64,000 bases of DNA from the NCBI GenBank assembly GCA_030141605.1, contig JAQGDQ010000428.1:62001-126000 (forward strand). Reading direction: 5' to 3'. Below, one piece after another: positions 11,037 to 23,000 of this stretch. The notes under the pieces are model-generated. The model was not told where the DNA came from. It saw nothing but the letters and a program-made list of their open reading frames with translations, and did not search any database. The stretch comes from Tubiluchus corallicola. Taxonomy: Eukaryota; Animalia; Priapulida. The position numbers and the translations under genes were made by a program. Position 1 is the first letter of the stretch. Each line of letters opens with the position of its first letter.

Positions 11037-14000
11037 GTGAGTGATACCTCATATGTTAACGTGCAACAAAGAATTATATTTAAGAAACTTAAATTGTTAC
11101 TGAAAGTATAAAACAGCTTTTATGCAATTTAGCACTTATTTTGAAAAAATGACGATGTAATGTAAGTAGCACCTGGCCATATAGATGATTCAATTTTTTT
11201 TTCATCAAACTTGTATGTCAGTTTTAGTTTGACAAACTAGTTTGATCGTGTAAGCAGCGAAACTGACAAACAAAGTTTGAATTTGATGATGGTATTGGAC
11301 CGTCTTGAATGCATCAAACAAAAACTGGCAAGGTAATACTTAACAGCCAACAGCGGATCATGCTCATTACGTCATTTTCGCGCAGAGGCCGGGGAATCAT
11401 GGCATTATTAATCCAGCAAGTGGTATAAATACACGACAATCATCGTTGTTGGACGTTGGCAACCTGGAGGGTGGAAGTAGTAGTAATACAAAGAAGATTT
11501 TGATTTTGCTTACGAAAAGAAAATTTTGGTTTTGCTGTACTGCTTTCTACCGATCAACTAAACAAGTTTCAGCAGTACTGTAGGTGTGTTCCACAGGCAT
11601 TGGTTATTTCAATTGAACTTCTTGCAATAAATAGTCAACATTGCAGGTGTGACCTCAACTTAAAAATCTTTGGAAATCAGGCTGTAACAGGCAGAAATTT
11701 GACCAATCTTTAATAGATGCATGTTTTTTATAATCAAGTGACCACATATAACGTAATAAATTTCAAGAATGTCGGTGAGTAAGCTTACTTAGCAGGTGGT
11801 GACAATGATCATAAATGCATTTTATTTGTTTAAACATAATTTTCTTTAATAGATTTGCAAACATCAACGGCTACTACAAAACGCATGTTTGAGGAACCAG
11901 TAGAAAGTGCCCCCACGAGATCTTTAACTGCAGAATCATCGGGTAAGGTATTACATGCATGATGAGTGTTAGGCTTATTATCTTGTGCACCACAGAGTAG
12001 TGTTTACACGGGTAGCAAAAATGAGACTCGTGTACCTGTCGGGTACCCAGGTACTCGATTGTTAAGATTCAGCGGCAGTGAAGAAATTGTAATCATGTAT
12101 ATTTGCAAATAAAAGCAACCACTGGTGCATGTCAACTAACTGCACTGGTATGTTAACAACAAGCATTTAGTTATTATACGCTCTGAGTCATAAAAGTTAG
12201 TGTTTTGCTACACAAGGCATTTGACCGAGTTTTTATCTGCCAGACCCAGTCTTGATTACTTAACTGCATGCTTTATTGATAAATCAGCTACATCAGCCTG
12301 CATAGTACTGCACTCAGCTTTCTTAATACAGTGTAGGTATTAAAGGAATAAAATAATCTATGTTGTTCTTTTTATATGCTGTTAAACTTAACAATCCGTT
12401 TATTCGTATCTTTGTTAGTGGTTTGAAATAGGTCGTTAAAGGTTAATAAATGGTTTTGATAATTAACCTCTTGGTAAAGAAATCATTATTTGTCTTTTTG
12501 TAAGTCGCCCATATGGCAAAAATGGTTTGGTCTGCCATCATCCTGCTGACCATTAGCCTCTCATGCTGTCAAAGTTAATAGTCTGCTAGTAGATACCTAC
12601 TGTAGAAGTGCACAGCAAAAAGTGCACTAAATATCAAATTCCTTAACAATGGACATCATATCAACTAACATCTGCACTTTTATTGTTGGAACCGGTTAGA
12701 AATATTAGACTCGGGTAATAAGCAATGAGGGTAATTATTGGGGTACCTGACCGAAACGCTAAGGGAGGCATAAATAAATGTGACATTTGACCCTGTGTCG
12801 AAAAAACGTGTTTGTATTGCAGATTTTTCATCTCTCCCCCACCCCACACACACACATATGTGTATAATAGTAGAGCCAATGCAATTCATTCAAAAGTGCT
12901 ATGTTCAAGCTGGTCAGGAAGAAATCATAAAAATACTTATGAGCAAATGAAGTATCGTGTAAATGTCCAACAAGTACTTACCCCATCTGGAAATTATTGG
13001 CAATTTTTGTTCATTCTACGAGCAGTGAACTTGACAATTCTATTCTTCAGTTTTAAATTATCTTCCTCTCTTCTTGAGCATAATAAAGTCTGGATAGTGA
13101 AGACCTTCGTGTCTGTACATCTTTTCTAACATTAACATTCTGCAATCAATGCATCGTATACAATAGAAGTCATTAGCAGAATTATCATGAAAAAGGCAAG
13201 GTCACTTAAGCTCCTCGGCATTCTGGTCACCAAGTTTACAAATGCATTTCTGATTAGCAATGCACCTTGTGTCAATATAAGATCATTTCAGGTGCTATAG
13301 TAAAAATGTTGAAAATATTAAGATTAATACTGTAACCTTTATGACTGTACCCAATATATATGCAGGTTGATAAAGTATGGTGCTACTGTTGGCATGGTGG
13401 TAATTCATTTTCAATCTGATGTTATGATGACATGTGGTGTGTGAAAATTATGCTTTCATTTTAATGAGAAGGAAATTAAATTCAAAATTATTAGCAGTAA
13501 AATTTGTAAAGCAGTAAACACTTGTTGGTTTTCATAAATTATGATTAAACTACACGTTATTAAATTATTATTTTACAAGGGTTGACTGGAAAAGACGATG
13601 GAGAGTTGGGAAATCACCCGCAGGCTGTACAGCCTGTAGCAGGGAAATGTCTATCTAATGTGGTCACTTCCTTATCTGCCTGGAAGCGAGGTGGTACACA
13701 GAGCAGAATCCAGAAGACTGCTGATTGCGAAGTTTGCAAGCCATGGTAATTAAATAAAATTTTTGCACCACCAACATTTAGCAAACTGCTTTATGTATTT
13801 TTGATTCAGTTTTGCCAGATTCTCCGCAAGACATTGAGAGTCAAACCACAAATTACACTATTTATTTCCCTTATAGATGAATGTTGGAATTTAGTTTTAC
13901 ACTCGCTACTTTTTTTATTTTTTGATTTTAATAAAAGAGCAGAAGAGCAATTTACGTGTTCATGTACAAAATTGTTCTAAATACAAATTCTCTTCTGCAT

Positions 14001-17000
14001 ATTTAATTGTTTGAAGATTAGTGTTGTTTATATTATTGTACCTGTTTACGAGATTCTTTATTTTTGTAGTGAGAATGTTCATGTGAAAGATGATAATAAT
14101 GTTGATCCTAATCATGCAGCATCCGATTTGGAATCTGATGATCAGTCGAAAAGTGCANNNNNNNNNNNNNNNNNAGCTGAAAATAATGATACAGTTACTG
14201 TACCTGTGGGTTTATCAGGTTCGACTGGACGTGTACGAAGGAGCGCGACAAGAAAGAAATCTTCAGAGTAAAAATAATAAGTTTGTTCTTATTTGGCTGT
14301 ATTATATGTAAGATCTATGCTTTCCAGGTTGCAATGTAATTGATCTACTAATTATTGAAAACATTAATTAGCTTTTGCTAACAAGGCATGATGTCATCTT
14401 TAACCTTCGATCTTAGATCTGGGGGCAAAAAAATTGAAGCCTATTCATTATGTGAGTAGCATTATTTTGGGGCTGTTATTTCCCGTGCTTATAAGCTTCG
14501 GCAACTGCTGTGGGTGCTAATTTGTACTGTATGTATCAGTAACTTTAATTGCATTGCTGATTAAAAGACTGTGGGCAGTTAATTGTAATAAAATCTTGGT
14601 GCCTTGACTACAAGTGACATAATAGCTGTAATGATAACTGACATTGTATAGATTTGCTCTCTGCATTATCAAGACATTAAACCTAATAATCTTCAAACTG
14701 AAGGAAGGCATCAGTATTTAGATTCAGACATGTTATAATTAGAATCCCTATGTGTTTATTGTGTTAGTTACAGTTTAATGTACGTGCCATCATTTTATCA
14801 TAAAGTAAAACTTTGCAGTCTTCTTGTTACCTGTGATGAGTGTTTTTGAAGTCACCTGTTCAGGCTCTGCCTAAGGTTAGCGTGGATGTAAAATGCAAAA
14901 TAAACAAGCATGTAATACTTCTACTGTTACTGATTTGGTCAGGGCAGTGATGCTTGTTTATAATTATCTTGTCTAGTATTTTGCTTATCCATATTTTTTA
15001 CAGGCCTACTGAAACTATTATTGCCTCCAGTTCTATTCCTTCTGTTGAGGGTAGTGAAGCATCAGTGGATTTGAAGGTAAGTAAGCAGTTGTGAAGCTTT
15101 TTTTTTGAAATAAAGCATAAATCATTAGCCTGAAACTGAAATTGCACACGGCTGTACTATATGCATAGTTGCTAATACAGTGAAGTGTACACTCTGATAC
15201 GGAGATTTAACTCCAAACTATCTGTCGTTTTGGTTTTTCCAGTTGATTGTATGGCAAAAGAGTGTTTTTATATAAATATTTAATTCTTATTTTGAACTTC
15301 ACTGACTAAAATAAGTCACTTGTAAATGACAAGAAAAGGGCTACCTGAGGTAAAAATTATATTACTTTCTCTATTTTCAAGCATATGTCATACTCACGTT
15401 AAAGGGAATTTTTGTTTGTTTTCCTTTAATCTCCCGCAATACTGTTCTGTTTGCGCCATTACATGACGTCACCTACACAAACGTAAATCAGAGGAAGAAA
15501 AGACAATGTTAAATTATGTCCCAAAAATCTTTCCATGCAAATCTATATTACTTAGCATTTCGCTTACCTGCTGGAAAGATCGTTCGTGTCAATTGGTAAA
15601 ATGCCGCTTGGTTCATCCTACAGGGTGCACCACTCACTAACCAAAAAATGTATTTATTATCTTATTGAGAAGATATAGTAATTTAAAATTTTACTCAGTT
15701 AGCAACATGTATGCTATGAATGCTCTGATTATTTTTTCAAACTTTACTCAGTGTTATCTAAACTTGTTTCAAATGGTCTATCATCAAAATGGCTGCATCT
15801 AACAGTCATTGCGGGAGTTTAAATTTACAAATTTTATATAGCGTTACTGCCAAGCAAACCACCCACACAAAAAAGCAGTAAGTAAGAGGTATAAAATTTC
15901 AAGACTAATTTTTTTAAGCTTTTTGTAAGTGGAAGGTTTTCTTGTGCTTTAAGCAAGAGGTTATGAAGTGTTGTGAGAGACTTAAAAGTAGATAAATTTG
16001 AAATTGGTTTTAGTTGGCTTGGTGAGATCTTGGACAACACTGTATGCATTTACCAAAATGCATGATTTATTTTCAGATTTCTACAGACGAAGATACAGTT
16101 AAAAAAGACCTTATTATGCCAACTAAAGAGTGTGCCACCAAAACTGAAGAGAACTCTCTAGACAAAAATGCCAGTAAAGCAGCTGTAAGATCAAACGAGG
16201 AAATTGCTAGCAGCACAGCCAGTCCAAGATTAAAGCACACTAAGTTAACCAAGGACAACAAAATGCCTGCTATTATTTCTAACCAAGATACCAATGCAGA
16301 TAAACTGGGCCACGTGAGAAGTCACCAAAAAGAAGCGCAAGATGTCGTAAATGGTACCTTAGTCTCAAAATCTACGCCACAGAAGGCGAAAAAAGGAAAG
16401 CGTACACTTGGAGATAGTCAGTATTCTAGGCAAGCCTTATCAGTTGAAAAACATGTGCAAAAACTCAGGTCTTGTTCTGTTGACCGCAAGTCTGGTAGGG
16501 TGCTTTTTGATGCTTCACAAGCAAAGTCTACAGATAAAGTCAGAAAAGTAAGGCACAGGTCACTGTCTGCTGACCGTCATCCGCAAGTTCAACTGTCTGA
16601 TCAAAAAAGCAAGTGCGCATACGATGCGGGTAGAAGTAGAGCCCGGACAAGGTCTCACGATGCTTGCAATAAACAACAGCTGATGTCAGTGATGCAGCTG
16701 CGCAGTCGATCACTCAACAGAACAAAACCAGAAACTAGCTGCAAGGAGTCTTCCCAAGGTTCAATACAAAGGTATTATTGTTTGGAGATTAAACAGTTGT
16801 AGAAGCAGTATGCTCACTGAATTCAATTTTTGCTGATTTTCGGTCTGACATTTAACCTGGTTGTACAAAAACTCTGCCATAAATTGTAATTTAACCGACA
16901 TAACAGATCTTTTTTGCACACTGTAGAGATCATCTAATCTACTGACTCATTGACTTTCTTGTCCCAAGTTATATTATTTACAGTCACTGCCACGCTGATG

Positions 17001-20000
17001 TATTGTTGACACAGCTTGGTGTTGCCCAGGTACTAAGTATTCCATTGATATTGACCTAGTCAAAGCAGGAGATTCCGGAAGTTTTATGGGAAAAAATACT
17101 TTAGAACTGAAAAGTTACTGGGAAATATTAATAAAAATAAATATAAACGGATAAAATTCTTAAATTTAACATTTTTGGTACACGTGTGTTAGACTGTTGT
17201 CATTTTTACATATGCGTAAATTAAGCACGTATTGCATGCGCAATTTTTCATCCACTATCTCAGCAAACTTATAATTGCCTGTAGTATCAAATCATGCACA
17301 TTTTCTAGTTTTTCTCAATTTCATATTTATGTCTGATAATTTATTTTTTAGAAAACGCAAGTCTGATGCTGAAAAAATCGCACCAATTAAACCGAAAGTA
17401 TGTAAAATAGACAGTGGAGTTGATGAATCACACAAGTAAGTCTTTGCTAATACCTAATAAATTACAAAATCATAGCACAAATATTTATCTACCTTTAATC
17501 GTTACTAGATACTTGTGGCATTTTCTGCATTTGCTGTTGTTGCAAAAAAAAGCATTTTGTAAAAATTTAAAATTATTTTTGTTAAATTAACTATCTTGAG
17601 CATTTACTTAAAGTGAATTGTCTTTTGGTTTACTGGATATTTTGTTTTTAGTACCAAACTATTTTTTTTCAGTGTTTACGTAAATAAATTGAAAATGTAA
17701 GCTAATTTTAACTTAATAATATGAACTTCCTAACTTTGCTTAAGTGTATGAGTTTAGATATTTGCTGAATTGATTGTTCATTGTTCTCGGTGAGACTTTC
17801 TGAAAATAATCATAATTTGCTCTTCATTTCAACAGAGATAAGTCTGTTTCTGAACACCAGAGAAATTGATAATATTGCTCAGAATATATTATCTGAGTGG
17901 TAGTACACTGCCCTGTCGATTTTTTCTACCACCAATTTTTTTTGTTTTTTTCTTTTTTTAAGTCACTTTAAAACATTTTATTACAGACAACAAAGACAAC
18001 ATGCAACACTTTCCAAACAATTAAAAAGTTCAGAAGAGTTAGGACTGGAAAAAGTGGCTGAATTCAGGCAAGCACTTGCTCGTCACAGGAAGAAGGCAGC
18101 TAAATCCTTAAAGCTGGCAAAGGCTTCAACCAGCTATCATCCTGTGCAGAGCGCAGTGCCGACTACGCAACCCATGCAGTTTGAGTTTGAAACAGATAAA
18201 CGTATAAAAGACTCAGCAGTTCCTGTTGAAGATCATCCAGATGAGGATTTTATTCGTTCGCTGCTGAGTAGAAAGTCATCTGGTGTAAGTTGTAATTTTT
18301 AGATTTTCATGGTTTAATTTAAAATGATTTTTTACAGGCATAGAATCTGAATGCTTTTTTAGAACTTACATGCTGTCTAGTCTAGAAATATAAAGCAGAC
18401 AATAAAATACTTGTTATCAAACTCATGGCGTAGCCAGGTTCTAAAAATAGGGGGAGCAAGGCTCTGCAAGCACACATAGAAAAAGTGCTGTGACACATGA
18501 AGTAATTATATGTCTGTCTATGCCACAACAGACAAGATCAGCATGTCACAAGAATATATTATAATAACCAGATTTGAGGCAATGTGATACTTGGTTCAAT
18601 CAGTCATCCTTGACAACTGCTCATTTCAAAAATACGGAGGCAGTTTGGTCAGATAATAAAGTAATGAATGCAGAAAATTCTTCCAAGGCCTTGCGATTAA
18701 CAACGATAAAAAAGATTTGACTTTTACTTTTATTGCACAAGTGAACTAAAGAGTTAAAAAAATTTTGAAAAGGTTTCTCGGGGGTTTGTTTTTCAAAAAT
18801 ATATTCGGGGGGAGCAACCGCTCGTCTGTTAGCTACGCCATTGATCAAACTGATAATACATGCATTCTTTTTCGTAATCACAAATTGTGTGAATAGAAAA
18901 TTGTAATGTTCAGTTTTTTTGGCTGCCAGGTGATTGTTTATACGTATCTAATTAATTTAACATTTTGGTTATATTTCCTACTCGCTGTTTTCCAGAACAT
19001 TTCAAAATTTGATTGAATGAATATAATACATTTCTAAGTGTATGATAACATAACCTTTTTTGCAGAATGAAAAGCAGCATGTTGGCCCTACGGTGGTGAA
19101 ACCATTCAGATTATCAGAGAACCGAACAAGGAAAGCAAGTGGGGATTCAGAGGCATCTACGAAACAAGAAATCTCTTTCCAACCCACAGCAGAACTGATT
19201 CTTAAATTTGAAAAACAAACCCCTGAGAGATTCCGCACGAAACCCAGAAATGCTCCTCCTGAGCGTAAGAAAGACAACTAATTTTTTTTAGCTCTTTTTC
19301 GTTACTCAGATCTCCTACAATATTAGGCGTGCTGAAGTTTATCTTTTATTTGCTACTTATGATTATAGATTTATGCCTAAGCATATATAGAAATAGAAAT
19401 GGACAACTCTTAAGTAAAGTAAGTAAGAAATCGATGTAGAAGTTTCTGAAAATTTCTTCACGGTTCAGTGGGATGGCTTATCGATGGCTGTAGTTCATGA
19501 TACTGAATTGGTGGTAGCTGTGTCGTATCGAATTGATATTTGTCGATAATTAAAATAGCTGGCATTTTCAATAAGTCAGTGTTTGCAGACAGACAATAAC
19601 TTAATCTTTAAAAACTCCACTAGTGATAACTACAATATTTAAACTTTTAAACAATTTGTTGTTCTTAACATCATGCAGATATCAAATGTTTAGCTTTTTA
19701 AAGTTTTCTAAAGCTTCCTAGTGTTATGTAGTAATTAGATTTCATTCCTGTTAATCGTATTTGAATTTTTTGCGAATTTTTTTCTTTTTCATTTTACACA
19801 AATGCAGGTCTGTATTCTGATAAATTCTGTGTTTAGCAGTTTAGGACATTTCCTACATGTGGCTTCTTTGTTATTTTCTGTTTTGTTTTGTACTTACAAT
19901 GGGCACAAAAGTGCCCACCAGTTTATTTTGAGATGAACACATGTTTCATAAATTTTTCTAATCATTTATTTAATGACAGCTAGAGTCTTATGCGCAATAT

Positions 20001-23000
20001 TTAGTATTAATTTAATGGAAATAATCTGATCACTTAATTTAGTACCGCAGTTTGCATCAAAGCCTAAACTGACGTGTGCAAAGACTCCAAACTTGCAATC
20101 TAAAACAAGAGCGAGGCCCATTGCCATTCTGTCTCAGTCTGAGTTAGAACAGAAAGAAATGGAAGAAATTCGTATGTAAGTGTCAATGTTTTTATGCGTT
20201 ACTAATACTTTACTAAACTATAATATCTTCTGTATGAAATAAATTTTTAGGGATTCTCTCAGTGGTTGGTATTCCAATTAGATTCAGTAACTTTTTTTAT
20301 AATTGTTTTCCACTATCTGCATATTTTGCATTGCTGGAAGTCTACTGTTTAGATTAAAAAAATTATTATGATTTTTTTGGCATGTTTCATTTCACCTATG
20401 ATTTTGTATTAATTACGAACATGCAAATGTTTTTGCATTAGCGTATTAAAAATTCACATTCACGGAATTATCAGAGTGATTTACATTAACCGCTGTAATA
20501 ACGGCTTTGTGAAGTATAATCCAAATCACCTGAGCACTAAACATTTAATTTGTTTTTTTTCATTATATGTTAAGGCACCAATTCAAAGCCGCAAGCTTGA
20601 ATCCCAAGATACTTACCAATCCTGGGCTTGGTGTGAAGAGGATTCCAGCCAAACCTGCTACGATAGCTCGCTCTCCTGATTTAGAGATAGAAAAAAGAAT
20701 TCATGCAAGAGAACATAAACAGGATCAAGAAGAAAAATATGAATTCAAGGCAAAAAAACTATCAGAGGCCATTCTAAAAGGACCGGTCGTATGTAGTTGA
20801 CTTCCTTTTTTCTGTTTTTTGCACAGTGTGACTGGTGTCTTACCTCAGTATATAGCTGCTATTATTGAAAATTAGTTTTTCTTGAAAAAGTGGATCAAAT
20901 TTTGCAGAATGATAAATTGCACTTAGTCCTAATGAGAACTGCATGTCAGATTGTCTGCACCAGTTTCGATCTCGCCGAGATCGTGGCTTTTTTGAGCATT
21001 TCGATTTCAGTAATCAGTCTTATCGAGAGTCGAGACAGCTGTGGTTCAGATAACGCTTATAAGCAGTTTTAATGCTAAACACTTTCTGCTATAATCAGAG
21101 TCTATAAGAAGTAATTTAAAGTAGTTTGAAAATGTTAGACACGGGAAAATCCTGGAAAACCTTGAAAATACAGGCTATCCTGGAAAGTCGGGGAAGATGA
21201 TGAAAATGGGGCGAAAAGTTAGGGAAATTGGAAAAGGTTGCAAAAATAATCACCGTGAACCGATATTTTTCCAAACATATTTTTCGACGATTCATGTTCA
21301 AATAAAATTTTGCTATGACAGGTTCCCAGTTATGATTTCTGTTCCAAAAACGATTGCCCGACGCATTATATATCAGTATATGTATGAATGTCTATACACA
21401 AAAGTGTTTGAATATGTATACTTGTAATGCAATTTCTGCTTATTCTGGTTATGCAAAGTCAATATTTGGTCAGGAAAAGGTCATTGAAAATTCAGGGAAA
21501 TTTATTTAAAAATGCTATGGGACCCTGTGTTTGGAATGTCAGTGCACAGTTTCTTAATTTTCAAGCTTTTCTACTCCCTTATATTTAATTGAAGGAAGAC
21601 TGGATGATTGTTTAGACTCAATCTCATTTTAATTTACTCTCCAAAATATACGTTTTCTTGCCAATAAAAGTTATTCATTCTTCTTTATAGTTGAATAATT
21701 AGCTTAGGAAGTTAATTAACAGCAACCGAACACAGCTATTGCTTACGTCAGAAACTAACCACGGTTTGTGCAAAGGCAGGCGTCTTCCCTTGCGCGTCAA
21801 GCACATTTGCATAGATGTTACAGTACTGTTTAAACGCATGATGTCACGAAAATGGGCTTTACATCATATGACGTCAAAAACTAACACTGCAGTTCATGAT
21901 CATGGTTGTCATGGTACCGCCTTCTATTTGTCGGCCACGCAAATGTGACAAAATGGCGCCGCTGCCAATCTTAGTAGATTCACTGAGCCGCGCGTAACTT
22001 TGAAAGTTTAACGAAATTAATGTATCCGAGGTGATTATTATTTAATGTAAGCTTTGATCTAAAAAACTTGTAGTTTTCAATATTTTAGAGCATTCTTTAT
22101 TCTGAGCTCGTGTTTACAAAATCTTCCGGTTTTCCTTTAATATAACATAAAACTGATGAAGCGATGACGTTAAGATAACTGATCTAAAATCAGAAGCCTA
22201 CGTCTGGAACACTTATATAGAGAATTTAGAGATCAACAAACCAGCAGTGAAGCTGAAGCCTGAATGAGCAAGTGCTCAGTTCCAACAAAATTTAACGTTA
22301 AAATGCCAGAAGAGCTCATCAATGTTTGTGCTTTTTAAGATGATACTGCACGTACATGTTACCAAACAACTCCCAAAACTTACAAATTTTTAATCATCCC
22401 ATCACTGTACATACTTGTACCAGTAACTAGTATATCATCTACCAATAAAACTGGCGAACTAAGCAATTAATTTTGTCTAAATGTTACAGGTTTTCTATAC
22501 AACAAATGTTTTATTAAACCTCTCACTGCCCACTGTAATACTGTTATAATGTATGCAGGACTTCCTGCTCTGCTATTTTTAGATCAATTTGGCAAATCAT
22601 TCTGGTTGTTTATCAGCTATTTATCAATTTAGATCTGAGCAGGGTCTTGATCTCGTAATTTTAAATGGGCCGAGAAACTGCAAATACTGTAACATCAGGC
22701 TCTTTCTAGAATTTACATCGTCTTTTTAAAATGGCTCAGCAAATTTTTGCAAACTTCACTTTATTTTATATGTATCTAAATATTTTTTAGGGTATTCCAA
22801 AAGTAGAGCCTCAGAGGTTAACTCAACCAGAATCACCTGCATTTAATCTGAGGAAGCGAGTTCGAATTGTGTCGCCTCCACCAGTAAAAAAGGTAAGTCT
22901 CCTTGCATTACCAGGAGAATTGTTTTAATTAGTCCATTAAGAAAAGTGGTGGTTGTGTGTGTGTATGTTTTTTTCAAAGTAAACATGATAAAGATTCAAC

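Noticed and set aside
11175-11345. Harbinger-like MITE fragment (TTTGATCGTGTA, CATCAAAC motifs)
   Set aside because: Termini and TSD could not be defined
14833-14935. C/D box snoRNA candidate (GTGATGA...CTGA) in a TPX2 intron
   Set aside because: No convincing terminal stem or recognisable rRNA guide; such boxes occur by chance
21197-21427. Near-identical short ORFs here and at 29013-29204 as a duplicated micro-gene
   Set aside because: Both lie inside copies of one MITE and end differently; incidental ORFs
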